Source of the DNA: an uncultured Planctomycetota bacterium
Lineage (GTDB): Bacteria; Planctomycetota; UBA11346
Reading direction: 5' to 3'
Length of the DNA stretch: 64,000 nucleotides
NCBI GenBank assembly: GCA_963818245.1
Contig: CAWFSD010000012.1
Location: 106,994 to 170,993, forward strand
Below, in pieces: positions 63,921 to 64,000 of the stretch. The position numbers and the translations under genes are program-made. The notes under the pieces were generated by a model that made no database searches, was not told the origin of the DNA, and worked only from the letters and a program-made list of their open reading frames with translations. How positions within the stretch are numbered: position 1 is the first letter of the stretch; each line of letters starts with the position of its first letter.

Positions 63921-64000
63921 GGGATTCCTTCGCAGATGGGACGGAACGGTGGTGCGGTCCACCGGCTTCGCAGGAGGTTCCGCGCCGCCACGAGGCGGCG

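Overview
This is a 64-kb stretch of very GC-rich bacterial chromosome (about 70% or more by eye, with third codon positions almost all G/C). All coordinates of frame breaks are approximate (about +/-15 nt), because everything here was read by hand from the sequence and the ORF track.

The content is mostly housekeeping and appears to lie near the chromosome partition site:
- dnaN is at 16779-17936.
- parB and parA span 24732-26341.
- Two 16-bp parS sites sit at 26360-26406.

Several families hint at a Planctomycetota/Verrucomicrobiota-like (PVC) organism, but this is inference only:
- proteins with prepilin-type N-termini;
- a PA14 plus beta-propeller protein next to a five-CxxCH protein;
- a separate two-CxxCH protein.

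I call about 46 protein genes. I found no rRNA, tRNA, CRISPR array, transposase or integrase.

Three things are not explained by ordinary annotation:
1. At least 11 long imperfect intergenic palindromes have arms built from tandem 6-9-nt words (CCAAGG, GCAGAGG, GCGAGG, GCTGACGG, TAGGGTC, CAGGAGG). The word changes from locus to locus but is always mirrored on the opposite arm. Several copies share a 22-nt terminal inverted repeat, GGATAGAACCGCCAAGACGCCA.
2. At least 45 reading-frame breaks fall in about 19 genes, including essential single-copy genes (hisS, hemL, parA/parB, cca-like) as well as ppdK and mutL. The breaks lie in non-homopolymer sequence and cluster strongly in two large surface or secreted genes. 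Uncorrected consensus error or a mixed-strain assembly is more likely than real gene decay.
3. An AT-richer island of about 1.6 kb (25550-27190) covers the parB 5' end, all of parA, the parS pair and the 3' half of hom.

Other candidates for follow-up:
- a three-gene prepilin-like operon behind a consensus-like promoter;
- a rhomboid homologue with both catalytic residues replaced;
- an orphan type-III-Mod-like DNA methyltransferase beside parB;
- a 296-bp tandem duplication of a whole intergenic element;
- a locus of uncharacterised CxxCH/PA14 proteins.
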